Shown here in pieces: positions 25,764 through 35,776 of a stretch of DNA of 44,987 bases. The notes under the pieces are model-generated. The model worked only from the letters and a program-made list of their open reading frames with translations, did not search any database and had not been told where the DNA came from. Where the stretch lies: positions 1-44,987 of the IMG/VR virus record IMGVR_UViG_3300049924_000088. One strand, written 5' to 3'. The position numbers were made by a program, and so were the translations under genes. The DNA is from a virus. Taxonomy: Duplodnaviria > Caudoviricetes. Positions within the stretch are counted from its first letter, which is position 1, and each line of letters starts with the position of its first letter.

Positions 25764-26701
25764 TAAGTCGCCGCCGTAAAGGTAATCTGCAAACACTGGT
25801 CATGGGTCGCGCCGTTCTTGTTGCACGCAAACTCAAGGTTATCGACAGTGAGCTTCTCGCGGTCCCCGTAACCGATTTTGATAATCTGAGCTTTGGCCGC
25901 ATCGAACTTCAGCAGCGAATTGCCAACTCCACCACAGTGTAACGCCAAAGCGTTCTCTGTGCCTGCTAGCCAAGCGCCATCGCGGTCTTGAGTTGCTACC
26001 AGCACCTTCTCAGCATCAAGCGTTACCTTCGGATATCGACTTGTAACAATGCCCGCCAAGTATCCGCTACTCTTACTCGGGTCTTCGCGCATCGTAATGA
26101 CGTTGCCTGCATCAATCGTCGTAGTGCTTGGCAATAGTGCAACGCTATTCCACGTACACGCGCCGCTTGAGAATCTGTAGTTCAAGTCGGTTACATACGT
26201 CGGGCTAATAATCGAAACGTCAGTCTCTCCTGCCCATACACCCATGAAATCCCACTCGATGTAGCCAAGCTTGCCGGTGGGCAATGTCACCTTGAAAGTG
26301 CCGACGCATCCAGTCATCTTTCGTAATGCACCGTCAACGTAGTGCGATATGGTCAAGCTCCGCGGATCGCTGCTGCTTGTGCCAGTCGGCAAGCTAACGG
26401 GCGAATAAACTTGACCGCTCTTGACCCAGCCACAAGCAGGAAAAAACGTATCGGCCCATGATGGCTCTGTCGCCGATCCATCCCACTGTAAATTTGTGCG
26501 AAAGGTTACGCGTGCTTTGCGTGCTCCATTGATTTGCGAAAGCATGTCGAAGCCGCCTTGCCCCTCGCGCTCTTCCATCTCCGGTTCAGGGTTCATCACT
26601 GCGTTGTAGGCGTTGAACGTAGCATCACTGGCGCCAGGAGTAACGTCAGTGCCGATGGTCGTTTCAAGCTTGGCAGCTAGTACTGACTTGCGATATAGCA
26701 T
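25763..26701 (-). CDS. major tail tube protein
   Basis: AK.ETT.GTD..P N-terminus, SLTI..Y.DG..TGC.GT; position. Confidence 0.75.
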   Translation of the reverse strand: MLYRKSVLAAKLETTIGTDVTPGASDATFNAYNAVMNPEPEMEEREGQGGFDMLSQINGARKARVTFRTNLQWDGSATEPSWADTFFPACGWVKSGQVYSPVSLPTGTSSSDPRSLTISHYVDGALRKMTGCVGTFKVTLPTGKLGYIEWDFMGVWAGETDVSIISPTYVTDLNYRFSSGACTWNSVALLPSTTTIDAGNVITMREDPSKSSGYLAGIVTSRYPKVTLDAEKVLVATQDRDGAWLAGTENALALHCGGVGNSLLKFDAAKAQIIKIGYGDREKLTVDNLEFACNKNGATHDQCLQITFTAAT

Positions 26702-27258
26702 TAGATTGTTCCTTGATTCTTCAGTACGTTAAAGCGTATTCGTCGTTCAATTTGTTTTTGCAGTTCTGCCCGCGCCGTTGCTTCCGCTTTCGCCTTTGTG
26801 CCAAGCTGCCCATAGTACTCACCTGGGCTTGGCCCAAACTGCTTTTCAATCGGCAGACGTTCTGCTGTCGTTCGCTTGTAAACGTGGTTGCCCCATTGCC
26901 TGGCAATCCACGCATCGCGCACTATTGACCTGCTCTGTCCACGTCGCATCTTGACGCTAACGCCCCGCTTGAGTTGAGTTGGCTTGAACATCCTCAACGG
27001 AATCGGATAACCTTCACCAACACTCACTACAGCACGCAAATTATCTGCCGTCGCTTTTGATTTCTGCTTGACGATTTTCTTTAGTGTCTTTTGTTTTAGT
27101 GGCAGGATCTTCGCCAAGTCTTTCGCCGTCTCACTGGCTACCTTGCGAGCCGTCGCATTGATCGCCGTTTGTATTTCACGTGGTAAGCGATGAGCCTTTT
27201 TGCCCAGCGATTGCTTGAGTCGTTCCACTTTTCCCTGGTCAATGGATATGTTGATCAT
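26701..27258 (-). CDS. minor tail protein, lambda gpZ-like
   Basis: Basic; AIN.TA, V.KR...RLPI...GPS. Confidence 0.7.
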   Translation of the reverse strand: MINISIDQGKVERLKQSLGKKAHRLPREIQTAINATARKVASETAKDLAKILPLKQKTLKKIVKQKSKATADNLRAVVSVGEGYPIPLRMFKPTQLKRGVSVKMRRGQSRSIVRDAWIARQWGNHVYKRTTAERLPIEKQFGPSPGEYYGQLGTKAKAEATARAELQKQIERRIRFNVLKNQGTI

Positions 27259-27740
27259 TATCGCGCCGTATAGGGGTCGCCTTCATTGTGCCGATACCGA
27301 ACAACCAACTGTACCAACACACCTGAACCGCCGTCGTCCTCTTGCGTTATCACCGAGTCGCCAAAATACGCGTCAACAGCCTTGCCGCTGAAACCATACC
27401 AATCAGAGGCCGTGCGAATTGCTTTGCACACGTCTGCGGAAAATTGGTTGGCATAGGTGTCCTTAGCCGTTGGGTCTGTCTCACTTGTCATGCACCGACA
27501 ACGCAAATTGAATATCGTCTCTTGCCCAACAGCAGGCGGATTACTCGGAATGTCATACGCCTCAAATGGCCTTGTCTCGCCCTGGTTAACTACTACCTGC
27601 CAATCTCGTGGACGATAGCCGCCAAATCGTGTAGGCTCCGCTACCTCGCTAATCGTCGTGTTCTCCACATCGTCAATTAGCAATGCTTCGAGTCTGGTCA
27701 CTATCGTCGTGCGTATCGATTCCACTACCGCTACAGGCAT
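27258..27740 (-). CDS. tail terminator-like protein
   Basis: Acidic; V.YRH...DPY C-terminus; position. Confidence 0.6.
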   Translation of the reverse strand: MPVAVVESIRTTIVTRLEALLIDDVENTTISEVAEPTRFGGYRPRDWQVVVNQGETRPFEAYDIPSNPPAVGQETIFNLRCRCMTSETDPTAKDTYANQFSADVCKAIRTASDWYGFSGKAVDAYFGDSVITQEDDGGSGVLVQLVVRYRHNEGDPYTAR

Positions 27741-28078
27741 ATAAGGACCAACATCCCGTTATCTTGACCTGCTATTTTTTTAATCGTGTGCCGTGTTGCT
27801 GTCTTGCCATCGCGCGGAGGAAACCCGAGGACATCACCTCCGCAGTTAATTGAGTTGCTCGATATCCCCGTTAGTGCATCGTTGGCTACATGCACCTCGT
27901 AGGCTGCCATGGCGTTCTGCGTATCGTCGATAAAATACTGCACGCCCTCGCGAAACACCACAGCGTTAATCGACCTAGAGCCACCGCCGCGCGGATAATA
28001 CACGACGGATTCTGCAAAGTCGTCCACATTGCAAAAGACCGTCGTGGCATCGTCCTCGATCGTTTCACGTAGTGTCAT
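27731..28078 (-). CDS. head-tail joining protein (FII-like)
   Basis: D...VF.N.DDFAE.V.Y pattern; position. Confidence 0.65.
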   Translation of the reverse strand: MTLRETIEDDATTVFCNVDDFAESVVYYPRGGGSRSINAVVFREGVQYFIDDTQNAMAAYEVHVANDALTGISSNSINCGGDVLGFPPRDGKTATRHTIKKIAGQDNGMLVLICL

Positions 28079-28080
28079 GG

Positions 28081-28749
28081 TTAGCGACGACAAACAACCT
28101 TGACGTAATCGATTGTTACTGCGTTGGTGTTTGTCGTGGCCGTCTTCTGAATCTGCACGAACGGCTGAAGCGAACTTGTCGCCGCTGCCATCGTAAAGGT
28201 AGTCGAAGTAGCCACCCGCACGCCGTCGATGTAGAACTTGACGTCCGACTTGCCGCCCGTGAAATCGATCACAAACTTTTTGTAAGTCGTGCCAAGCGTT
28301 ATGCCGGTTGCCTTGTCGTCCAGGTCTGTGGTGCCGTCGTCGGTTTCCACAACTACCAGCGTAGTCGATGTAGCCCCGACCATCTTGAACTGAGCGTTAT
28401 TGGCCGTTGCATCGGTGTCATCGTTGCGAGCCGATTGCAGACCAAACGCCAGCGTCGTTCCACTGGTGACCGCACCGCTAACTTTGACACGCGCCTCGAA
28501 TCGCTGGATGTTGTCGATGTCGAAGCAAAGCTTGTCGCCAAAGTCCATGCAAACATTTTGCACTTCGCTAGTCGATTCCAACGTCAACGCGACTTCACCA
28601 GTCGCCGAAGGGCTAACTGATGCGTACGTTGGCGTACCAGATGAACTGGTATCGGTTATCTTCCAGTTGCCTTCACCTACGGTTGCCGCGTAGGTCTTGC
28701 CGCCAACAAAGTCATCCTCGAACACGCAAAAATCTTGAATCCCTGACAT
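28081..28749 (-). CDS. putative capsid decoration protein (lectin-like beta fold)
   Basis: Directly after the capsid gene; Thr-rich; FEDDF, VKFYIDG, IDYV. Confidence 0.55.
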   Translation of the reverse strand: MSGIQDFCVFEDDFVGGKTYAATVGEGNWKITDTSSSGTPTYASVSPSATGEVALTLESTSEVQNVCMDFGDKLCFDIDNIQRFEARVKVSGAVTSGTTLAFGLQSARNDDTDATANNAQFKMVGATSTTLVVVETDDGTTDLDDKATGITLGTTYKKFVIDFTGGKSDVKFYIDGVRVATSTTFTMAAATSSLQPFVQIQKTATTNTNAVTIDYVKVVCRR

Positions 28750-28796
28750 AATCGTTTCTCCGATTTCTCATTACGTAGTTTGAAAATCGTCACACA

Positions 28797-28832
28797 AAAC
28801 AGTGGCAACCGATCACCGTGACCGGCTGCCAC
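28797..28832 (-). terminator. hairpin/weak terminator after the capsid gene
   Basis: GTGGCAGCCGGTCA-CGG-TGATCGGTTGCCAC then TGTTTT. Confidence 0.55.
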
Positions 28833-28847
28833 ACTACAGCTCTGTCA

Positions 28848-31049
28848 CTAAGCAGCGTTACGCCACAGACCGCGCCAGTCGATCGCCTTGACACCGAACG
28901 TTTGGCGAATCTTCTGCTTGTAGGTGTCATTGTCAAACACCCATTCAGTTTCCATCACAGGCGATTCTTCACCAGCTAGGAATGCCAGTTCAACAGTGTC
29001 GATCTGTCCAGGGTCAGCTGCCAAGTACCAAACGGTCGTGCTGGCTGCATCGAGTACCGGCTCGCCGATAACCGACACGCTGCGGGGTCCGCCCGGTCCG
29101 TAGATGTTTTTGACGCCCTCGTTGTTGTTGGCTGCGTTGTAGCTGATCGAATTGATCAGTTCCAAGGCAGTCGCTTCGTAGTTGACTGGCACAATCAGGT
29201 AGCGCGGTACAACGTTAATCGTTACCGTGCTATTGAGCCCCTTCTGCGTCCGCATGGCTGCGAATCCAGTATTGAGCGTTGTCACGCTAGGCGCTGCTGC
29301 TGCACCGCTGGTATTGGTTCCAGAAGTATGAGCACCGAACAACGCTACGCCATCGCCCATCGTTGGGTTGCTCGTTAGCACTTCGTACACCTTGCGGTTT
29401 TGCGTACGACGCGCCGCGTTGCCGTGCATTGCAGGCACTCGGCTAATCGCATCCAAGTCATCATTGACAATCGTTTCCCACGAGACGGAAAACATCTTGC
29501 CGAACTTGGCGACCTTGTAGGATTCCTTCGAGTCGCTCATCACGCCCTCGGGGTAGTCCGCATTCTCCGGCACTTCCTCCAGGTCTGGCGATTCGCTGAA
29601 CCGCATGCGATTGACGTTCTTGAAATCGTCGACCGAAGCTGCACGACGTGCCCACAGTTCCCACGTATAGGGAGCTTCTTCATAGGCAGCTAGTAACGAC
29701 TTATTGCTTGCATCTTGCAGAAGGTTCGTAAAGGTTCCCGTTGTGTGATAGGCATAGTCACGACGCACGCCCATCCGCTCCAGAATCGTACGATTGCCCA
29801 TAGCAGCCCGAGCGATTTCAGGCGAACTAAAGCGATGCGTAGCCACGTTGCCACGTCGCAAAATCTCTTCAGCCATTCGCATCAGCGACATGTGCTGAAA
29901 CTCTTCGGCTCCTGGCGACGGCGTTGCACCGACCAGAATGCGAGATACTCGAGCCGATCGCTGCGACCGCATTAGCAGTCCATCGCGGATCGCTCCGTAA
30001 AACTTGTCGTCACCAGACTCGGTAACACGAACATCGGCACCCACCGACGTTCCCACAGTAGCGGCGTTGGCTGCCATACGTTCAATCACCTTTTCGCGAA
30101 CTACTTCCAGAGATACCCCATCGCGTGTCCATTGGTCGGCAATCGTTCGCTCAATGCCAGCCTTGGTACACAGGGCAGAAATTTCTAACGCTCGCTTGCG
30201 TTCAGCAAGCACTATGGAATCGGTATCGATCTTTGCTCGTTCCATCGCTACCTCTTCCTTCGGTTTGTCTTCTTCAGCGGCTGCGTCTGGCATTGGTGCA
30301 ACAGCGTCAGCCGCTTGCATCTCAACAACGCCTTCGGTTGACTCGCCATTGCTGGCTGATAGGTTGCCAAGAACCCATGCCATGATTTGATCAGGGTCAG
30401 TTAAGTCCGATGGCATACCTTTTGCCACTAGTTGGGCAATTGCTTCAGGTGTCATAGCTCTTGCTATTCCTTTCGATAATTCGTAGCTGCGCCGCACTTT
30501 CGATCGAACATCAGCACCGGCAGCTACTAGTGATGCGTCCGTTGGTTGCCACTTCGTTACGACGTTTGCAGGCCCTTGGATTTCGCGGCCCTCAAATACT
30601 GCCACCTGACCACGCTTGACCTCTGCAATCTCCAGGCAGTCAGCCGTGATTGAGAAGTCTGTTATGTGCCCATCGAGCACTTTGTAATAAGCGTCTTGGC
30701 TGTCGGTATCGCGTGCAAACATCGGCACGCCCTCACACTCGCCATTGATAATCTGAATGTTGCGAATCGACCCAAGAACGTTTCGCGTTGTGCTCCGGTC
30801 GTGGCTATCGACAATCGGCAATTGGTTCCGACCGTCGCGATATTGCAGGCCGCTCATCAGTAGAATTTCTTGCACGACTTCCTGCCGCGTTTCATCCCAG
30901 CGTGCCACAGGATTCTCTGAGGCAATAACCGCCGTGAAGCTTTTATTAGCTTCGTCCTGTGAGCCTTCGCGTATGACCACCGATCGCTCAATAAGCCGCG
31001 CGTCAGGTCGGTCATGCTTAAAGCTCTTGACCTTCTTTGTCATCGTCAT
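28848..31049 (-). CDS. fused prohead protease / scaffold / major capsid protein
   Basis: DSH and FSI..E/DASLV..GAD protease motifs; acidic linker; Mu-T-like capsid (V.DFK, IVNDDL.A, ID.RG). Confidence 0.88.
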   Translation of the reverse strand: MTMTKKVKSFKHDRPDARLIERSVVIREGSQDEANKSFTAVIASENPVARWDETRQEVVQEILLMSGLQYRDGRNQLPIVDSHDRSTTRNVLGSIRNIQIINGECEGVPMFARDTDSQDAYYKVLDGHITDFSITADCLEIAEVKRGQVAVFEGREIQGPANVVTKWQPTDASLVAAGADVRSKVRRSYELSKGIARAMTPEAIAQLVAKGMPSDLTDPDQIMAWVLGNLSASNGESTEGVVEMQAADAVAPMPDAAAEEDKPKEEVAMERAKIDTDSIVLAERKRALEISALCTKAGIERTIADQWTRDGVSLEVVREKVIERMAANAATVGTSVGADVRVTESGDDKFYGAIRDGLLMRSQRSARVSRILVGATPSPGAEEFQHMSLMRMAEEILRRGNVATHRFSSPEIARAAMGNRTILERMGVRRDYAYHTTGTFTNLLQDASNKSLLAAYEEAPYTWELWARRAASVDDFKNVNRMRFSESPDLEEVPENADYPEGVMSDSKESYKVAKFGKMFSVSWETIVNDDLDAISRVPAMHGNAARRTQNRKVYEVLTSNPTMGDGVALFGAHTSGTNTSGAAAAPSVTTLNTGFAAMRTQKGLNSTVTINVVPRYLIVPVNYEATALELINSISYNAANNNEGVKNIYGPGGPRSVSVIGEPVLDAASTTVWYLAADPGQIDTVELAFLAGEESPVMETEWVFDNDTYKQKIRQTFGVKAIDWRGLWRNAA

Positions 31050-32779
31050 GCTGGCACCTCGTCAAGCACACCGTCAGCCATGTCGAGTATCAAAGCCTCA
31101 ACAGTTTGCGGAGAGTAACCTAGGGCCGATAGCTGCACTCTGGCTTGCGTTTCGGTTAGTGCTCCAAGTTTGAATTGATTCAGTACGTCAAGCATCGCCT
31201 TGTTGGTATTGGTCCAATCCTTGCGCCCCATGCCCTTTAACTCGCTCGTGCCGCCGACCGCTGCTGCTACGTCTGCTTCGGTTTGCAGGTCGTCGTTAGG
31301 CTGGACGTTGTAAGCTTTTTGGGCTGCCTTTTCTTTGGCACGTTGTCGCAAGTTCTCACGCCAGTTGATACCGTTCTTTGCACACTCACGCTGTAGCGTT
31401 GACATATTCGCATTGATCGCCGCCTCGCTGGCTGCTTGATCGTTTTGCGGGTCGACCCATTCCCACTCCGGCACTTGCCATGTAACCGGCACAAGCTTAC
31501 GTCGGTCGCTCAGAAGTTCCGATAGCGTTGGAAATCCTTCTATGCCCGCAATGGCCGCCGCTTCGCAAAATCGATCCCAAACAGGCTGGCATAGGTGAGC
31601 AATTAAGTACTGTTGAAAGCGTTTGAATCGTCGTCGGTCCTCTAACTCGCTAGTGCGTGCTGAACTGTAGGACGTGCGCGAAAAATCCCGAGAAACCTTT
31701 TCGTAGCCTAGCCCAACACCTACACCAATTTCACGTGTGATTAGATTGATCCAAGGCTCTGCTGCTGAATTAGGTCGGCCTGGATTGATCGGCACAACGT
31801 CCTCGTCTTTGTTGAGCCGAACCACTAGTCCCGGCTCTAGATACTCAAACGCGTTACCATTGGCATCTACAGCATCTTCGCCTTCAGGAGCCGACAGCCC
31901 GCCGATTGTTCCGCTACTCTTGATCGCAGCAGTAAAGCATGATGCAACTGCCGAGGCTTGTAGTTCGTTCTCTTTGTAAATCGTTAGGTCACGCACCGGA
32001 GTAATGACCGGAGCGAACCACGACACTCCGCGCGTTTGGCCAATTCGATCGCGCCGGAATAAGTGCAGTATCTCCGATGCCGGTACTCTGATTGGCGTCG
32101 TGCTACGTGTTACGTAGGGGCTGTTAGGATGTTCTGGATAAATCCAGTAGGCAACAGGTCGACCTGTTTCGGATAACTCGACGCCACGGACGACGCGGTT
32201 TTGTGACGTTCCGGTTTTGCTGCGAAGCATGTACGTGTCGTGGTCAGTTGCAATACGATCCGCTTCGATCAGTTCCAAAGCAAACGGTACCGGCCTTGCA
32301 ATGTCGCTGCCCTTGGTTGGCACTAACCGCACTAGACACTCGCCCGCTTCAACGATTTCGCGCATTGCAAGAAACTGCAGCTCCGCGAATGTCATCTGGC
32401 CATTGATTTCGCAAGTCTCGCACCATGCCCGCCAGACTGCATCGCGTGCATCATTAATGGGCTCTACGTCGTTGCCCTCGATGTCCTCGACCATAGATTG
32501 TGCATTGATGCCACAGCCAACTACAGCCGTTGCAATTGTCTCGACGATGCCCGTTGCGATAGCAGAATCGCGGACAAACTTACGCGCCCAGGCACGAACA
32601 GCGTCGGCGCCGGATTGCCCTAGACTCTCGCTGTCTGCTGCTTGGTTCTTTGGTCGAACGCCGGACATACGGCTAGGCTCAGCACCGGCATAGCCACGCT
32701 GTAACGCACGCCGAGCAATAGCCCGACGCAAACCAGCTTGTGGTGACACGTACGATATGAGGCGGTCTAAGACGTTCAC
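31046..32779 (-). CDS. portal protein, lambda family
   Basis: LIEAD, GVE....RPVAYW, R.GQ.RGVSW, SYSSAR, WVDP. Confidence 0.92.
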   Translation of the reverse strand: MNVLDRLISYVSPQAGLRRAIARRALQRGYAGAEPSRMSGVRPKNQAADSESLGQSGADAVRAWARKFVRDSAIATGIVETIATAVVGCGINAQSMVEDIEGNDVEPINDARDAVWRAWCETCEINGQMTFAELQFLAMREIVEAGECLVRLVPTKGSDIARPVPFALELIEADRIATDHDTYMLRSKTGTSQNRVVRGVELSETGRPVAYWIYPEHPNSPYVTRSTTPIRVPASEILHLFRRDRIGQTRGVSWFAPVITPVRDLTIYKENELQASAVASCFTAAIKSSGTIGGLSAPEGEDAVDANGNAFEYLEPGLVVRLNKDEDVVPINPGRPNSAAEPWINLITREIGVGVGLGYEKVSRDFSRTSYSSARTSELEDRRRFKRFQQYLIAHLCQPVWDRFCEAAAIAGIEGFPTLSELLSDRRKLVPVTWQVPEWEWVDPQNDQAASEAAINANMSTLQRECAKNGINWRENLRQRAKEKAAQKAYNVQPNDDLQTEADVAAAVGGTSELKGMGRKDWTNTNKAMLDVLNQFKLGALTETQARVQLSALGYSPQTVEALILDMADGVLDEVPA

Positions 32780-32997
32780 AGGCCCGGCCTCCGCAACTTG
32801 GCAAGCCTGATAGCACCACTACCGGACGATTCCCGCTGGGCTTCCACCTGTAGCATTCGCCGTTCTTGGAACAATTGCTCTAGGTCAAGCTTCGTTACCG
32901 ACCTTGAGCCAATCGAATAAGACGACGCGCCGCCAGTCAACAGAGCTTGAATGGCCGTTTCAATTTGGGTCAGTAGTGCAGATGCAGATAGTGCCAT
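32776..32997 (-). CDS. head-tail adaptor, gpW-like
   Basis: AI.ALL.G..SYSIG.RSVT..DL..L; directly upstream of portal. Confidence 0.75.
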   Translation of the reverse strand: MALSASALLTQIETAIQALLTGGASSYSIGSRSVTKLDLEQLFQERRMLQVEAQRESSGSGAIRLAKLRRPGL

Positions 32998-33048
32998 TCC
33001 TATAGGTTGGCACAAGATGAGTCATTTACTCAAGCGGTTCTAGGGTGT

Positions 33049-33070
33049 TAGTTCCACACGTATGGAACTA
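33049..33070. promoter_or_regulatory. perfect 8-bp inverted repeat
   Basis: TAGTTCCA-CACGTA-TGGAACTA. Confidence 0.5.
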
Positions 33071-33328
33071 GCCTAACGGTCGTGAATCCTTGTACGTGTT
33101 GCCGCAAAAGTCGCATCGACAATAACGCACGATTGACCCCTCAGTTTTCACCGTAGCGTAGACCCGTGAATAGCTCTCGTCCGGCGGCCTCAGTTCGGTG
33201 CATAGCGAACAGGGCGGAGGCGCGTAGGATCTTGGCTCAATTAGCCGCTGGTCGGCCTCTTTGGCTAACCTGTCGTCCTTTGCTTCGAGCCGTCTTTCAT
33301 CTCGCCGTTTGTGCGTCATGCGTGTCAT
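33068..33328 (-). CDS. Ogr/Delta-like Zn-finger transcription regulator
   Basis: CxxC..SRVYAT....RYCRCxxCG.TYK. Confidence 0.65.
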   Translation of the reverse strand: MTRMTHKRRDERRLEAKDDRLAKEADQRLIEPRSYAPPPCSLCTELRPPDESYSRVYATVKTEGSIVRYCRCDFCGNTYKDSRPLG

Positions 33329-35574
33329 TATCGCCTTCTGTTTCTGTTGATTCGTTGCATCCATCCGCTAGGGTCACGTGCAAAGCCATGTTGTTTCGAC
33401 GCGGGCTTTGGCTTGTCTTGCTTCGGTACCGCTTGCAGTTCCACAGTCTGGCCAATCAGTTTAATGCCCATTGCCTCAGCCCCAGCCGCTGCCATGTACG
33501 TAGCGTCCAGCCAGTGGTTGTTGTCGTTCCGCACGTCCCAGTATGTTTTGGTGCCCTTACCTTCCTTGAACTCCGCTACCAGTTGCTCCGCTACGATGTG
33601 GTGCGAGTAGCTGTTGTGCTCACGCCCCGGCACGTCAAACAGCGACAGAGATCCCTTCCTCAGCATGTTGTTTTCGTCGAACGTCGGCGTCAAAAAGCGT
33701 TCATGTACAAACTGCTTCCAGTAGCTTGAGTCGAGATGGTAAAGCCAAAGTTGCTCTGATACCTGCTTGGCTGCGTAGATGTTCGAGCCTGCGATTATCG
33801 TGTCGGTTGACTTTGTTTTTGCATGGAACGGTACTTGACCCTTTGACGGATGAAACACCCCGCGAACTTGACGGCAAAACTCATAGGCTGCCCGAGTGTA
33901 CGATCCCGAGTCCACAAGCACAAAATCCACCCGCCGCTCTAGGCCGGTTGTATCAACATACACCTTATTGATCAGTTCATCGCGCCAATTCAGTAGCGCC
34001 GTGTAAATCCCCGGTTCGCTCGCTTCCATGTCGGCAAGCTTCGATTCTGCCCTCACGTTCTTATTGCCGACCACTTCAACGATGCCATAGTCAACCACCA
34101 CACCGCCGGCGCCACGCCACCAGGCAATTGTGATCCAGTGGCAATAGTGCTTGCCCAAGTCGATAGCCGACGTAATAGCCGTACAGTTTGCCGGTAGCTG
34201 CAGCCGCGCCAAACCGCTACGCCGACTCTGAACAATGTCCGCCGTTAGCCCTGAGCCAATTGGGCCAACTTCCTCCGGTGGGTCGTTGTCTATCTCAGTT
34301 GCCACTGCCCGGGCGCTCGTGTCAGCTACTCGATTGTAGTAAGCGTGGCAGGTCGACAATTCAATCGGTTCACCGTCCGAATGTAGCTTGCGGTTAAACG
34401 AATTGGGATTGGATACAACGCAGCCCGATTCAATCTCTGCTTGGTTGTCCCTCCAGAATCGGAAGGCTACCCGCGCGTCAGGGTCATCATCCTTGTGACT
34501 CTTTCGCATATCGATGTATTGTTCAACCAAGTCCATCCGGTCTGGTGGCCTGATCATCTTGCGGTATCGCCGACCGTTCCAGCTTGGCTTAACCGTTCGG
34601 TCTGTGTACTTGTATGCGTTACACTTGCGATTGAGTGTAGTACATAAGTAGACCCGTGCGATACGCTCCGCACTGGAGCCCATACCGCCGATATCCTCCT
34701 CGATAATCTTTTCATTCTTCTCGATCTGTTCGTCTGAGCGTGCAGAATCCTTGTCTTCAATATCGTCAATGATTGCCAGCGTTGGACGCAATGAGCGAAA
34801 CTTGAATCCACGTATCCGCCCTTCAATACCAACAGCGCCAAGCACCTGACCATGAGCCACAGACTCGACACCATCCGGCCAATGTGGCAACTGTTCCTTG
34901 GTTATCTTCGGGAATGCAAAATGCTTTTGCCCGATAAACATCCCGATAAACTTGCCCGGCCCGCCAACAGTCTGCAATCGCGCATTGGCCGTCGATGGCC
35001 CGATGGCAGCTAGCGGAACTCCGATCTCGGGGAAGTCTTCGACGAACGCCTGTGAGTAGGTGAGCCGCTCCCGAAGTGCTTTCAGTTCATCGCTAGCCGC
35101 GTCTTGATTCTTGCCAATGATGACGGGGAACATCGACAGACCGGCAAGCATTAGGCACAGCCCACCGTCAATGGCAAGCGTTGTTTTTCCTTCTCCGCGT
35201 GGTCCGGCTATAGCTTGGTCACCTCCGTACATGGCAGCCCGCTTAATCGATAGCAGCATGTCGCTACGGTCCTGCGTAAACTCTTCGTAATACGTCACTG
35301 GAAAGTAGGTCGTTAGCAACAACTGCGGATCGGCCAAGCACGCATTACGCCGCTCGATGTTTCTCGGCACCGGGATAAATAGTTCGCGACCGATTGCCCG
35401 CTTGACCGCCTTGCGTTCCCGGTCTGCTTCCTTCTCATCATAGACTTGCGGTTTGCGCTGCCTCAGCGTTTCCACTAACGTCGATGCTCGATCCTTCGGC
35501 ATCGATAATAACACCTTGCGAAACTCCGAGTTCGGCAGCGATTCTATCCAGGTCAAAGTTTCTTGTGCGAACAT
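33328..35574 (-). CDS. terminase large subunit with gpA-like nuclease domain
   Basis: Walker A GPRGEGKT, Walker B IIDD, AIDLG, VDSG, NHWLD. Confidence 0.9.
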   Translation of the reverse strand: MFAQETLTWIESLPNSEFRKVLLSMPKDRASTLVETLRQRKPQVYDEKEADRERKAVKRAIGRELFIPVPRNIERRNACLADPQLLLTTYFPVTYYEEFTQDRSDMLLSIKRAAMYGGDQAIAGPRGEGKTTLAIDGGLCLMLAGLSMFPVIIGKNQDAASDELKALRERLTYSQAFVEDFPEIGVPLAAIGPSTANARLQTVGGPGKFIGMFIGQKHFAFPKITKEQLPHWPDGVESVAHGQVLGAVGIEGRIRGFKFRSLRPTLAIIDDIEDKDSARSDEQIEKNEKIIEEDIGGMGSSAERIARVYLCTTLNRKCNAYKYTDRTVKPSWNGRRYRKMIRPPDRMDLVEQYIDMRKSHKDDDPDARVAFRFWRDNQAEIESGCVVSNPNSFNRKLHSDGEPIELSTCHAYYNRVADTSARAVATEIDNDPPEEVGPIGSGLTADIVQSRRSGLARLQLPANCTAITSAIDLGKHYCHWITIAWWRGAGGVVVDYGIVEVVGNKNVRAESKLADMEASEPGIYTALLNWRDELINKVYVDTTGLERRVDFVLVDSGSYTRAAYEFCRQVRGVFHPSKGQVPFHAKTKSTDTIIAGSNIYAAKQVSEQLWLYHLDSSYWKQFVHERFLTPTFDENNMLRKGSLSLFDVPGREHNSYSHHIVAEQLVAEFKEGKGTKTYWDVRNDNNHWLDATYMAAAGAEAMGIKLIGQTVELQAVPKQDKPKPASKQHGFARDPSGWMQRINRNRRR

Positions 35575-35776
35575 CGATTACCTTGTGCTCATCGGCTACG
35601 TTCTGCCCTTCGGCTGCTATCAGTGCCTTACTCGCTGCGGTTACCTCACGCGGACTACTGCCTGGATCAGCTATGATCGACACCAGACGGCGCACCAGTG
35701 CCGCCCGGTACTCAGGTTTAATCGGCCAACGCTGCTCTAGTGCTCGCTGTATCATGCGTGTGTCGCGGATGCCCAT
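35438..35776 (-). CDS. putative terminase small subunit
   Basis: Small helical protein directly upstream of TerL. Confidence 0.55.
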   Translation of the reverse strand: MGIRDTRMIQRALEQRWPIKPEYRAALVRRLVSIIADPGSSPREVTAASKALIAAEGQNVADEHKVIDVRTRNFDLDRIAAELGVSQGVIIDAEGSSIDVSGNAEAAQTASL

